This document shows, in pieces, positions 9,714 to 19,895 of a stretch of DNA of 64,000 nucleotides. This DNA comes from Candidatus Micrarchaeota archaeon (lineage in GTDB: Archaea > Micrarchaeota > Micrarchaeia > Anstonellales > Bilamarchaeaceae): the NCBI GenBank assembly GCA_043803165.1, contig JAZDKI010000021.1:5576-69575 (forward strand). Reading direction: 5' to 3'. A program made the position numbers and the translations under genes. How positions within the stretch are numbered: position 1 is the stretch's first letter; each line of letters starts with the position of its first letter. The notes beneath the pieces were generated by a model. That model was not told where the DNA came from and did not search any database. It saw only the letters and a program-made list of their open reading frames with translations.

Positions 9714-10799
9714 ATGTCTGCGCGAAGCGTCTACATCATCGCCACTCCTTATCATTTCCTGCTCTGCGCCGGCGTGGCATCTTATGTGGACAAGAATCCG
9801 GATAAGCGCCTCGTCATAGCTTCTCATTTCAAGGACACTGAAAAGTGGGTCTCTGCCCTTAGGGGATGGAAAAGGAATCCCTTCTCCGATATCTTGGTTG
9901 TCGGAGAGAGGAGAAGCGGGGTGGCTGCCGAGAAGGTCGCGACTATGAGAGCGAATCTGGCTTCGATCGGGTCCACGCTTAAATCCCCCCCGGGCCCTTT
10001 CGACGCCTTCGTCTTCAATATCGAACAGCCCGAAGGCCAGCTGGTCGCCTACGAATGCAGCAAAAGGAAAGGCGCATGCACATATGTCGAGGACGGCATA
10101 GGGGCATACACCAGGCGCGATATCCGCGACCCGCTCCATCTCCTCATAGTGAAAAAGCTCCTCTACGGCCTTTGGTTCGAGCGCGTCAGCACGCAGATAG
10201 AATACCAGTATTTCGACAAGGCGCTCGTGCTCAGGCCTGACCTGGTCCCGAAGAAGCCCGATAACGTGGAGCTCTCGGCGATCCCAGCCGATATCTTCGA
10301 GCGCCTGGATAAGGACGGGCTCGTCAACCTGATATTCAAGGAGTATGGCGAGAAGCCCGCGCAGGATTGCGAGGCGATCGTGTTCCTCCCGTTCCATATA
10401 GCTGCAGAGCAGATGGGGTATGAGAGGACGGTCGCAGCCTATTCGAGGATCATCGATGCCCTGATCCGGAAAGGGATAAGGACTCTTGTGAAATACCATC
10501 CGCGGGAGGATAAAGGGGATTTCCTGTCGATCTCGGGGATGAAGGGGATAAAGACGGTCCACCAGGCGATAACGTCCGAACTGCTGTTCCTCAGATGGAA
10601 AAAATCCGGCAAACGGATCGTGATAGGAGACACGACCACCGCGCTTTCCAGCTGCAAGCTCATGGTCCCGGATGCCAAATCCATCAGCATCATCGATATC
10701 CTCGGATATGATGATAAGGTCGGACTGGGGGGATTATTCAGCAAGTGGGACGTACTGAGGCCAAAGACGATGGAGGAGCTCCTCAGCCTTCTGGATTGA
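9714..10799 (+). CDS. Sialyltransferase/polysialyltransferase-like glycosyltransferase
   Basis: TPYH, YVEDG and KYHPRE, matching the D/E-D/E-G and HP motifs of bacterial sialyltransferases. Confidence 0.65.
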   Translation: MSARSVYIIATPYHFLLCAGVASYVDKNPDKRLVIASHFKDTEKWVSALRGWKRNPFSDILVVGERRSGVAAEKVATMRANLASIGSTLKSPPGPFDAFVFNIEQPEGQLVAYECSKRKGACTYVEDGIGAYTRRDIRDPLHLLIVKKLLYGLWFERVSTQIEYQYFDKALVLRPDLVPKKPDNVELSAIPADIFERLDKDGLVNLIFKEYGEKPAQDCEAIVFLPFHIAAEQMGYERTVAAYSRIIDALIRKGIRTLVKYHPREDKGDFLSISGMKGIKTVHQAITSELLFLRWKKSGKRIVIGDTTTALSSCKLMVPDAKSISIIDILGYDDKVGLGGLFSKWDVLRPKTMEELLSLLD

Positions 10800-11328
10800 C
10801 CAGCCCGAAAAGCAGGCCGTCCACGTATCTGCCTTCGAAAAGGTACTGCTCCTTGCGCTTTCCTTCCAGGGCGAAGCCTGCGGCGAGGAACGCTTTCTCA
10901 GAGCCGGTATTGCCGCTATAGCATCCGGCGGTCAGTTTATGGAGCCCGAGCTTCTTGAATGCGTGGGCGGAGAGAAGGCTGATCGCCTCGGTGGCGTATC
11001 CCTTGCCCCAGCAACCCTTGTCTCCGATGAGTATGCCGATATCCGCGCTCTTATGATGGCGGTTGATCGGCCCCAGCTTGATGTTGCCGATGTGCCTGCC
11101 GCCTTCTTTGAGGACTATCGCGAGGAAAAGGATGTCCGGATCGCCCAGGGCCCCCTGGACGAACCTCTTCATGGCAGGTTTCGAGTTGTCCGAGAACCTG
11201 GATTCCAGATACCTCGTCACTTCAGGGTCCTGCATCCAGGAAAAATATGGCCCGTCGACATCTGTCGGCTGCACCTTGCGAAGGTATATCCTCTTCCCGG
11301 TTATCGGCGGTTCGGCTCCAGACGGCAT
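10783..11328 (-). CDS. RimJ/PseH-like GNAT N-acetyltransferase
   Basis: HIGNIKL, WGKGYATEA, N.GSEKAFLAAGF. Confidence 0.85.
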   Translation of the reverse strand: MPSGAEPPITGKRIYLRKVQPTDVDGPYFSWMQDPEVTRYLESRFSDNSKPAMKRFVQGALGDPDILFLAIVLKEGGRHIGNIKLGPINRHHKSADIGILIGDKGCWGKGYATEAISLLSAHAFKKLGLHKLTAGCYSGNTGSEKAFLAAGFALEGKRKEQYLFEGRYVDGLLFGLVNPEG

Positions 11329-11398
11329 CTGATGACCTTTTTTCAGGATAATGCTTGCTCAATCAGCGATTAAATAGTATCGGGACGAATAATGATAT

Positions 11399-12391
11399 AT
11401 GAACTGGAAGTCCAAGAAGGTCCTGGTCACAGGCTCTGCCGGATTCATCGGGAGCCACCTCACAGAAGAGCTGGTCCGCCTCGGGGCGGACGTGCGGGCG
11501 ATGGTGCGCTACAACTCGGGCAACAGCTGGGGCAACCTGGAGCTGATACCAAAGGAGACGCGCGACGCGCTCGAAGTGGTGGCAGGGGACATCCGCGACC
11601 CTTTTTTCACCAGGAAGGCAGTGGACGGATGCGACACGGTGTTCCATCTCGCGGCCCTGATAGCGATCCCGTATTCTTATGTCGCCCCTAAAGACTTCGT
11701 CGATACGAACGTCGGGGGCACATTGAACCTGATGCAGGCATGCCTGGACTGCGGCGTGAAGAAGGTCGTCCACACCTCCACCAGCGAGGTATACGGCACC
11801 GCGCAATATGCGCCGATAGACGAGAAGCACCCGATAGTGGGACAGTCTCCGTATTCCGCGAGCAAGATCGGCGCTGATAAGATAGCGGAGAGTTATTTCT
11901 GCTCGTTCGGCCTTCCAGTCGCGACCTTGCGCCCATTCAACACGTTCGGGCCGAGGCAGTCGGCGCGCGCGGTCATCCCGGCAATGATATCCCAGATGGT
12001 CTCGGGGAGGAAACAGATCTTGCTCGGCTCGCTGGACCCGGTCAGGGATTTCACCTATGTCCTGGACACCGCAAGGGCTTTCATCAAGGTGGCCGAGTCC
12101 CAGAAAACCGTAGGGAGGGTCGTGAATTCAGGCACCGGAGAGGGGCATAAGATCGGCGAGGTCGCCGAGATCGCGAAAAGGCTTACAGGATGCAAGGCGC
12201 CGGTCTCAGTGGACCGCGAACGCGTGAGGCCCGAGAACAGCGAGGTGTTCAAGCTCATCTGCTCCAACAGGCTGATAGGGGAGCTGGCGGACTGGAAGCC
12301 AGGCTACACCTTCGAGGGGGGCATGGCCGAGACCGTGAGGCACATCAAAGAGAACATCGGCCGCTACAAGCCGGGGATATACAATATCTGA
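11399..12391 (+). CDS. LegB-like NAD-dependent 4,6-dehydratase
   Basis: HLAALIAIPYSY, QSPYSASKIGAD, RPFNTFGPRQSARAVIP. Confidence 0.85.
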   Translation: MNWKSKKVLVTGSAGFIGSHLTEELVRLGADVRAMVRYNSGNSWGNLELIPKETRDALEVVAGDIRDPFFTRKAVDGCDTVFHLAALIAIPYSYVAPKDFVDTNVGGTLNLMQACLDCGVKKVVHTSTSEVYGTAQYAPIDEKHPIVGQSPYSASKIGADKIAESYFCSFGLPVATLRPFNTFGPRQSARAVIPAMISQMVSGRKQILLGSLDPVRDFTYVLDTARAFIKVAESQKTVGRVVNSGTGEGHKIGEVAEIAKRLTGCKAPVSVDRERVRPENSEVFKLICSNRLIGELADWKPGYTFEGGMAETVRHIKENIGRYKPGIYNI

Positions 12392-12399
12392 GGGATCAT

Positions 12400-13107
12400 A
12401 TGCAGGCGATACTTCTAGCCGGAGGGAAGGGCACCAGGCTCAGGCCATATACGGCGACGTTCCCGAAGCCCTTGATGCCCCTTGGCGACCGGCCGATACT
12501 TGAGATCGTGATAAGACAGCTCAGGAAGGCGGGCTTCGGCGATATAATCATATCGACGGGGCATCTGGCGGGGCTGATCGAGGCGTATTTCGGCGATGGG
12601 GGAAGGTTCGGGGTGAAGATAAGGTACGTGCGCGAGGAGAAGCCCCTGAACACCGCAGGCGCCCTGACGATGATAGGCGGACTCGAGGAGGACTTCCTTG
12701 TGATGAACGGGGATATCCTCACCACGCTCGACTACGGCGCGCTCATGAGGTTCCACAAGTCAAAGAAGACGGCAGCCACGATCGGCGTCCATGAACGGAT
12801 CGAGAAGGTCGATTATGGGGTCATCGAGGTCGGAAAAGACGGGATGCTCTCGGATTACATCGAGAAGCCGTCCAAGAGCTACCTGGTCAGCATGGGGATA
12901 AACATCCTATCGAAGAAGGCGGTCTCGCATATCAAGGGCGGGGAGGCGATAGGGATGCCTGACCTCATGCTCAGGCTGAAGGCGAAGGGAGAGAAGGTCG
13001 CCTGCTTCAGATCCGATTGCGAATGGCTAGATATCGGCAGGCCGGACGACTACGAGCGCGCCCAGAAGGCGATGGCAGAAGATCCGGGGAAGTATCTCGA
13101 TGCCTAG
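12400..13107 (+). CDS. Sugar-phosphate nucleotidyltransferase (PtmE/GMPP-like)
   Basis: ILLAGGKGTRLRP..PKPL, NGDILT, WLDIGRPDDY. Confidence 0.85.
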   Translation: MQAILLAGGKGTRLRPYTATFPKPLMPLGDRPILEIVIRQLRKAGFGDIIISTGHLAGLIEAYFGDGGRFGVKIRYVREEKPLNTAGALTMIGGLEEDFLVMNGDILTTLDYGALMRFHKSKKTAATIGVHERIEKVDYGVIEVGKDGMLSDYIEKPSKSYLVSMGINILSKKAVSHIKGGEAIGMPDLMLRLKAKGEKVACFRSDCEWLDIGRPDDYERAQKAMAEDPGKYLDA

Positions 13108-14002
13108 CTATCTTGTGACTGGGGCCACCGGATATATCGGGGGCATGTTCGCTAGGTTCCTGAGGAAGGAGAGGCCCAGGGCAGAGGTCTTGGGGATCGG
13201 CCGGGGGAGATGCGGGATAGGAGGCATGGAATGCCTGGAAATAGATTTAACAGACGTCAAGGCGACAGAAGAGGCCGTGTCCGATTTTTCGCCTGATTTC
13301 ATTTTCCATCTGGCAGGCGTGCCTTATTCCGAAGACTGGGGGGCGCTTTTGGCAGGAAACGTGAAGACCACGATATCCGTCTTGGAGGCCGCGGCAAAGC
13401 TCGGGAAGGGGCGGGTCGTCGTTGTCGGCTCCGCCGCTGAATACGGCAGGGTCGAGGGTGCGGATTTGCCGATCAAGGAGACCCAGGCGCTCAAACCCCT
13501 CTCGCGCTATGGTATCTCGATGGCCTGCAGGGGCGCGATAACCAGGGGGTTCTCGGCCATGGGATGCGACGCGGTCTTGGGCAGGCTCTTCAATCCTATC
13601 GGGCCGGGCTTGGGGGAAAATTTCGCCTTGGGCTCTTTCGCCAAGCAGATCAGGGCGATCTCTTCGGGCACTCAGAAGGCCGAGATGCTTGTCGGCAATC
13701 TCAAGGCCAAGCGGGATTTCATCGATACCGAAGATGCGTGCAGGGCATTCCTGGCGTTAGCCGAGAAAGGGAAGCGCGGGGAGGACTACAATATCTGCTC
13801 GGGCAGGTCATATGTCCTTTCCGGCCTGCTCGATATGATGCTTAAGGAGATGGGGCTCGAAGCCGAGATAAAGGTGGAGCAGGGCAGGATCCGCAAGGGC
13901 GAGGTCGCGGATGTGCGGGGAAGCACCGATAAGATCTCGAAAGACACGGGCTGGAAGCCGCAGGTCCCCATAGAAGAGAGCGTCAGGCGCCTGCTTGCAT
14001 GA
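13100..14002 (+). CDS. NAD-dependent epimerase/reductase (Rmd-like)
   Basis: TGATGYIG, GSAAEYG, VGNLKAKRDF. Confidence 0.75.
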   Translation: MPSYLVTGATGYIGGMFARFLRKERPRAEVLGIGRGRCGIGGMECLEIDLTDVKATEEAVSDFSPDFIFHLAGVPYSEDWGALLAGNVKTTISVLEAAAKLGKGRVVVVGSAAEYGRVEGADLPIKETQALKPLSRYGISMACRGAITRGFSAMGCDAVLGRLFNPIGPGLGENFALGSFAKQIRAISSGTQKAEMLVGNLKAKRDFIDTEDACRAFLALAEKGKRGEDYNICSGRSYVLSGLLDMMLKEMGLEAEIKVEQGRIRKGEVADVRGSTDKISKDTGWKPQVPIEESVRRLLA

Positions 14003-15014
14003 TCTCTTTAGTTAGCGAATCGAACTGCCTCTTGAAAAGCGCGAGCATATCGCGCTCGTTGAAAAACATCGCGGCGTGGCGGGATTTATCTGAAAGCGCC
14101 TTCTTCCCCCCTATGGGCAGGTCCAGGTATGCGATGATAGCTTCCGCGATCCTCTCTTCGTCCAGCGGGACTACCATGCCGGGGTCGATCTTCGCGACGA
14201 CATCCTTCGCCCCGTTCTCTATCGAAACGATATTAGGGACGCCGGATGCGAGGGCTTCAAGGGCCGAGACCGGGAACATGTCGCCCCGGCTGGGCTGGAC
14301 ATACAGGGCGCAGGAGCGGAAGACCTCCGCCATATCCGGGACATCCCTCAGGATTGTTATCCGGGCCGGGTCGTAGCCTTCGACCGATGCGATCTCAGCC
14401 TCGCCCAGGCGTGTCACGATTTTGAGCCTGGCATCCGGATAACGCTCGGAGACCTTCTTCATAGCGAGAAAGAGCAGGTCCAGGCCTTTGTTGTGCGGGT
14501 CGCTTGTCGCCACGATTGTGATGTTATTCGAACCTAGGGCCGGCTTCACCGATGCGAACCTCCCCATCGAGGCCTCGCTGATGAACGGGTAGATGATCCT
14601 GGCAGGGGCCTTTACCCCGAGGCGCTCCAGCAGCTCCATGCCGTAGGCGCCATAGACCAGGAAGCCGTCCACGTCCTTCATAAGGTCCAGCAGGACCTTC
14701 TTCTCCGCCCCCTTGATGCGGGAAGAGAGGAGATGGTAGGGGAGGGGGCCGCAGTTCATATTGATTATCTTTGTGTCTCCGAGCAGGCCCAGCCTCCGCT
14801 TGATGGCCGGATAATGGTAGCATGACTCGCAGAGCATGATATCATAGCCTGATGGGACCGAGAGGGACCCTTTGAAGAGCTTGAACGCCATCACCGGGGG
14901 GGATTGGTCCTTGGCGGCCTTCTCTTCGAGCATCCGGCTGATCGCGCCGACCGATTCCCCGAACCTCCGATGCACAGGGTGGCCGCCGCTGAGAAGGATG
15001 AGGGTCCTGGTCAT
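13983..15014 (-). CDS. GT4 glycosyltransferase
   Basis: KGLD, YVQPSRGDMFPVSALEALASGVP. Confidence 0.85.
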   Translation of the reverse strand: MTRTLILLSGGHPVHRRFGESVGAISRMLEEKAAKDQSPPVMAFKLFKGSLSVPSGYDIMLCESCYHYPAIKRRLGLLGDTKIINMNCGPLPYHLLSSRIKGAEKKVLLDLMKDVDGFLVYGAYGMELLERLGVKAPARIIYPFISEASMGRFASVKPALGSNNITIVATSDPHNKGLDLLFLAMKKVSERYPDARLKIVTRLGEAEIASVEGYDPARITILRDVPDMAEVFRSCALYVQPSRGDMFPVSALEALASGVPNIVSIENGAKDVVAKIDPGMVVPLDEERIAEAIIAYLDLPIGGKKALSDKSRHAAMFFNERDMLALFKRQFDSLTKEIMQAGA

Positions 15015-15916
15015 GAATCCAGCCATCCGATATAGCGCCTCAGCCCCTCTTCGAAGCTCGTCTCCTGCTTCCATCCAAGGCGCTCGAGTTTAGAGGCATC
15101 CAAAAGCATCAGCCTGACATCTCCGGGCCATCCTTTGGGCGTCCCGGTGTAGCGGAGCTCCGGGAGCAGGCCCATCTGCCTGCACATCATCTTAGCGATA
15201 TCCGAGACGGCCATCTTCTCCCTGCTCCCGACATTGAAGACGTCGTATCGTTCTTTCTGCTTCTCCCATGCGGTCATTATGGCGGATACGCAATCCGAGA
15301 CATGAAGATAGGATTTATCCTGCTTGCCGTCGCCCAGTATCTCCATCTCGCGCGGGTTTTTCGAAAGCTTGTTGAAGAAATCGAACATCACGCCGTGCGA
15401 GCTCCTCTCCCCGAAGATGTTGGCTAGGCGCAGGGTCGTCGCCTTGATGCCGTATGTTCCGGAGTAGGATGAGAGGTATGCCTCGCATGCTAGCTTGCTC
15501 GCCCCGTAGTTGCTGATGGGGGCGCAGGGATATGTCTCGGGGGTCGGGATGAGTTCCGCATCGCCATAGACGGTCGATGTGGACGGGAAGACGATGCGCT
15601 TGATATCGGCCTTCCTGCACGATTCGAGCAGCCGGAAGGTCCCACCCACATTGATATCGAATGAGTTTTTCGGCTCGATGGCGCTGGCCCGGACATCCGG
15701 ATCGGCGGCCAGATGGAATACCACATCCATCCCTTCAAGCTCCAGGGACAAATCGTTGCAGATGTCCCTTTTCATGAACACCGCTTTCTCCGGGATGTTG
15801 GCCTTGGAACCTGAAGAGAGGTTGTCTATCACATAGACTTCGTGGCCTTCGGATATGAGCGCATCCGCTAGATGCGAACCTATGAATCCGGCGCCCCCCG
15901 TTACCGCTGCACGCAT
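15011..15916 (-). CDS. UDP-glucose 4-epimerase-like SDR
   Basis: TGGAGFIGSH, YGASK, GDGKQDKSY, GWPGDV. Confidence 0.85.
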   Translation of the reverse strand: MRAAVTGGAGFIGSHLADALISEGHEVYVIDNLSSGSKANIPEKAVFMKRDICNDLSLELEGMDVVFHLAADPDVRASAIEPKNSFDINVGGTFRLLESCRKADIKRIVFPSTSTVYGDAELIPTPETYPCAPISNYGASKLACEAYLSSYSGTYGIKATTLRLANIFGERSSHGVMFDFFNKLSKNPREMEILGDGKQDKSYLHVSDCVSAIMTAWEKQKERYDVFNVGSREKMAVSDIAKMMCRQMGLLPELRYTGTPKGWPGDVRLMLLDASKLERLGWKQETSFEEGLRRYIGWLDS

Positions 15917-15951
15917 ATGTATGACCTTCCCTAAAACCTCTTAAAAACAGG

Positions 15952-16965
15952 TCAGTGCTCCATCCTGAGGAGCTGGTTCAGGACGCTCTCGAGGCTGTGC
16001 TTCTGCAGGTATGAGAGGATGACCGGCAGGGAAAGCGAATCGACGATGATCATCACCATCCTTGTCAGGAACCCGAAGGCCACGGCCGATTCCAGCGGGA
16101 CGCCGAATGGCATCAGGATCGCGGCGAATCCGGCTTCGCTCGCCCCCGCCCCGGCTATCGTCGGTATAGGCAGGAACTGGATTATCGTCACGGCTGCCTG
16201 GAAGACCATCATGAACAGCAGGTCGTCGACAGGCTGGCCGGTGATCGTGATGCCCAGAGCCTTGGAGATGAGAAGCCATTCGAAGCCTTTCATGAGCCAA
16301 GTGAGGGATGTCAATGCGACGATCTTCCACTTGATCGCGAGCACCTTGTGGGAATGCTCGTGCATGTCCTCTATGAAAGCGAACGCGCGGGGAACTAGCG
16401 GCAGGGATTTCAGGAAGGACAGGCGCGGGAGGAGGGGCGGGTAAAAGACCAGGAGGCCGGCCGCCAGGATGCCGGAGAGGAAAACGAGCAAGACGATGGC
16501 ATTGACCAGCATATCGCCACCCCCCGCCATCGCGATGATCGCGTACATGAGCAGGGCGGCAGACGACACTTTTATCATGAAATCGAAAAGCTGGGGCCCG
16601 AGGATGGAGAGAAGGGTCTTCTCGAGTTTTATGCCATAGCGGGAAGAGAGCGAGAACGCGGTGAAGAAATAACCCGCCCGGGCAGGTGTGAAATCGGATG
16701 CCAGCATCCCTGCGAGGCTGGATTTCAGCACCTCGTGGGTCGGTATGCGGTCGCCGATGCTCTCAAGGACGACCTTCACCCGGTAGGCCATCATGATGTT
16801 CAGGCAGAGATATACCAGAAGCGCGAGGGCGAATAAGGGGAGGGATATGTTCAGGAGGGCTGAGACGACCTTGCCAAAGCCCACGAAATAGAAGATGCCC
16901 GCGAATATCGCGATCGACAGAGCGAGATTCAATAGAAGCTGGTACCGCTTGTCCAAAACAAACAC
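15952..16965 (-). CDS. Lysylphosphatidylglycerol-synthase TM domain / flippase-like membrane protein (UPF0104)
   Basis: Multiple TM helices; FTPARAG and PTIAGAGASEA motifs. Confidence 0.75.
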   Translation of the reverse strand: MFVLDKRYQLLLNLALSIAIFAGIFYFVGFGKVVSALLNISLPLFALALLVYLCLNIMMAYRVKVVLESIGDRIPTHEVLKSSLAGMLASDFTPARAGYFFTAFSLSSRYGIKLEKTLLSILGPQLFDFMIKVSSAALLMYAIIAMAGGGDMLVNAIVLLVFLSGILAAGLLVFYPPLLPRLSFLKSLPLVPRAFAFIEDMHEHSHKVLAIKWKIVALTSLTWLMKGFEWLLISKALGITITGQPVDDLLFMMVFQAAVTIIQFLPIPTIAGAGASEAGFAAILMPFGVPLESAVAFGFLTRMVMIIVDSLSLPVILSYLQKHSLESVLNQLLRMEH

Positions 16966-17081
16966 CGTTGACCTGGATTGGAATCATCGATAACGGATAT
17001 AAACCTGATGAGGCACGTATTTTCAATTGTTGGATGGAGAGTATCGGTAAAACCGGGTTTACGCCTGCGGAGCTACGTCAT

Positions 17082-18869
17082 ATGATCGATTCCATTTTAT
17101 CTCTCGCCTGGCTGTTGGTCGTGACATTCTCCTTAGGCTTCGCGCTGACTAGGGAGAAGAGCCTGATGTCGTTCGGATTCGGTCTGGCGGCGTTCGTAAT
17201 ACTATCGACAGCACTGGACCTTGTCGGGATACCGCTGCATTGGACAGTCTTCCTCGTGATAGCATTGGCCATGGATGCGTATTTCGTGCATAGGAAGGAA
17301 TTGGCTTTCGAGATGCCGCGCCCGGATTGGATACTCGGTGCGGTGCTGTTGCTCGCGCTCATCAACACCTATGTGTATTGGCAAGGCGCCACGTCTTATC
17401 CCTGGCTCGAGGATGATGATCCCTGGGGATATGCGCACGATGCCAAATGGGTCTCTATTGAACAGACTTACTCCGTCCCATATGGCGGGGAGCAGATAAG
17501 CAGGTTATCCAGGCTAGAGCCGTTTCCGCCAGGATATTCCATACTGATAGGCGTTCTCCATCAGATGACCGTATCTCTCTCTGACACGTTGAAATTCTAT
17601 AACGTGCTTCTGATCGGTTCCGGCCTCATATTCGCGTTCGGTTTTTTCTCGCAGATCACCGGCAACAGGCTGCTCGCGCTGGTAGCCACATTCTTCCTGC
17701 TGGCACTCCCGTCTTTCATGAACCATTTCATCTGGGCGCAGTCTTTGGCGATCCCGCTCTTGTTTGTGGCGTTTTTCGCTTTGGAGAAGGCGAAAAACGA
17801 GCAGAGATACGTTCTTGCCGCGGCTGCCGCCATAGCCTCTATCGCCCTGACACACCCGGCGGTGGCCGGGATATTCGCATTGCTTTACGCATCATATGCC
17901 TTGATCCAGGCCATAGCCTCCGGAAAGGAAGCGCTTATGCCCATCATCAGGATTACGGGTTTTGCGATAGCATTGTCCTGCATCTTCTATGTCCCGGTAT
18001 TGCTCAAATTCGGCCTAGCGAACACTATCTCCGGCGTGGGGTTGACGAGCAGCCTGGTCAATATCGAAGACGGCCAGGTCGTATATCAAGACGATACGTC
18101 GGGGAATATCGTGTATGGGGTATCGGATTTCCTTTTCCCGCAGCCGCAAGGCAAGATAGACCAGCAGAGCGGCATCGGGCTCGCCATATCTGCGCTCTGC
18201 GTAGGCGGGCTCTTCCTTTCTCTCCGAGACATGAAAAAGACGGAGCCCTGGCTTCTTTGCGCTGTCGTTTGGTTTGCGATATGCATGCTGGGCGTCGAAG
18301 GGAACGGCCTGCCGGTCAAATTATTCCCCCACCGTTTCTGGGTGTACCTGTCTATACCGGTAGCGATGCTTGCGGCCCATGCGTATATCCAGCTCGATAA
18401 TGCCATCACCGGTAAGAAGAGGCTGATTCTTGCGGCGGTCATGGTGCTGAGCGTGCTGGATTCCTCGGCCATCGCGAAATATAATGTGGAGATGGCCAGT
18501 TGGCCCCCTGGAGCGTATCTTTCTTCCGCTCAGCAAGTCGAAGGCTTTGCCGGCATGAAAACGTCCCTGCCGGCAGATACCATGGTGTTTCCGCTCTGCA
18601 TACCAGACAATAGGGTGATCGGTTTTGATATGCTCACCGACATGTATGACCCGGATTACGTCGCCTTCAAGAAATCGGCTCCCGATCAGTCTGCCGATCA
18701 GGTATATTCTTTCCTGGCCCCCCGAGGATATGAATACCTGATAATCGACAGCTCTTGCCTCGCGATGGGCGAAGAGAAGGCCAATGCGGTCTTGACTGAT
18801 TTCATAGGTTCTGATAAGTACGATCTCGCATATTCGAACGGGGGCTTTTTCCTATTCAGGCTTGGATGA
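17082..18869 (+). CDS. Polytopic membrane protein, probable GT-C-fold glycosyltransferase
   Basis: About 12 TM segments, EDDDPW acidic loop, PPGY motif, soluble C-terminal domain. Confidence 0.55.
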   Translation: MIDSILSLAWLLVVTFSLGFALTREKSLMSFGFGLAAFVILSTALDLVGIPLHWTVFLVIALAMDAYFVHRKELAFEMPRPDWILGAVLLLALINTYVYWQGATSYPWLEDDDPWGYAHDAKWVSIEQTYSVPYGGEQISRLSRLEPFPPGYSILIGVLHQMTVSLSDTLKFYNVLLIGSGLIFAFGFFSQITGNRLLALVATFFLLALPSFMNHFIWAQSLAIPLLFVAFFALEKAKNEQRYVLAAAAAIASIALTHPAVAGIFALLYASYALIQAIASGKEALMPIIRITGFAIALSCIFYVPVLLKFGLANTISGVGLTSSLVNIEDGQVVYQDDTSGNIVYGVSDFLFPQPQGKIDQQSGIGLAISALCVGGLFLSLRDMKKTEPWLLCAVVWFAICMLGVEGNGLPVKLFPHRFWVYLSIPVAMLAAHAYIQLDNAITGKKRLILAAVMVLSVLDSSAIAKYNVEMASWPPGAYLSSAQQVEGFAGMKTSLPADTMVFPLCIPDNRVIGFDMLTDMYDPDYVAFKKSAPDQSADQVYSFLAPRGYEYLIIDSSCLAMGEEKANAVLTDFIGSDKYDLAYSNGGFFLFRLG

Positions 18870-19805
18870 TCTCGGCTTCCAGGCGTAGGTCGTCAGATGC
18901 GGGTAGCCGGTCCGGACCTTATAACCGAATCCGCGCAGTATCTTTTCCACCTTGCGGAAGGTTGGCTGGCCATCCCGGAAGTGATATCCTGCGATGGAGA
19001 ATTTCATGTCCTGGCTGGCGATTATCTGGGCGCAGCCGTCCAATGCCTCTATCTCAGCGCCTTCGATATCCATCTTGATGAAATCGATCTTATCCAGCCT
19101 GAATTCTTCAAGGATATCTCGGATCGAAGTCGTCTCCACGGTGACCTTTTTCGCGGGTTTTGATTTCTCCTTTTCAGGGCCGTCGGATTGGCAGAACAGG
19201 GTCGATGAGACAGTCCCCTGGGAATTGAAAGTCAGGCTGGTTTTTCCATTCCAAAGGGCTTTTTGGGACGTGGTGACGTTGCTGCAACCGTTCAACTCCA
19301 GGTTTTTTTTCAATATCTCCAGGTTGTCTTGATCCGGCTCGAGGCAGATGACGCGGCCGCCGGCTCCGACCATCTTTGACATGATAACCGAGAATATGCC
19401 GTGATACGCGCCAGCGTCGATGACCACATCGCCGTTTTTTGGCGAGTATTCCTCCAGATAGGTCGCAAATTCGTTCTGCAGGAAAAAAACGTCGAAGAAC
19501 GCCTTCTCCCTATCGCCAGAGGGATATGCGAGATTGATCTCCCATCCATGATATGGATAGACGATGCAGTCCCATCCATCGTCGACCTTTCTTTCTTTGG
19601 TCTCGCCGCTGACATTGAGCCAGCTTGCAGCCGCGATTATCCTGACGTAGTTTTCGAGGAAGGTGGCATCCTTGGACAGGGTGACCCTGTTTTCGCCCTT
19701 TTTGAGTTGGATGTGGGTTGATGTCTCAGACATCGAGACCCCGCATCTCAACAGGTAGTAATGCAGTTTGAGAAATCTTGCAACCCCTCTGATCGGTTCT
19801 AGCAT
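18852..19805 (-). CDS. FkbM-family methyltransferase
   Basis: IDAGAYHG, LEPD, IKMDIEGAE. Confidence 0.85.
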   Translation of the reverse strand: MLEPIRGVARFLKLHYYLLRCGVSMSETSTHIQLKKGENRVTLSKDATFLENYVRIIAAASWLNVSGETKERKVDDGWDCIVYPYHGWEINLAYPSGDREKAFFDVFFLQNEFATYLEEYSPKNGDVVIDAGAYHGIFSVIMSKMVGAGGRVICLEPDQDNLEILKKNLELNGCSNVTTSQKALWNGKTSLTFNSQGTVSSTLFCQSDGPEKEKSKPAKKVTVETTSIRDILEEFRLDKIDFIKMDIEGAEIEALDGCAQIIASQDMKFSIAGYHFRDGQPTFRKVEKILRGFGYKVRTGYPHLTTYAWKPRSSKPE

Positions 19806-19895
19806 AGGATCACCCATTAATACGAGAAAAAATAAATAAACGCTGGTTGCCCGGCAGGGCGCTCTGGATTGGATCGCGAAATGATGTCAAACCCC

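Noticed and set aside
17005..17040. CTGATGAG hammerhead-like core in an intergenic region
   Set aside because: No stem II or downstream GAAA/GUH elements.
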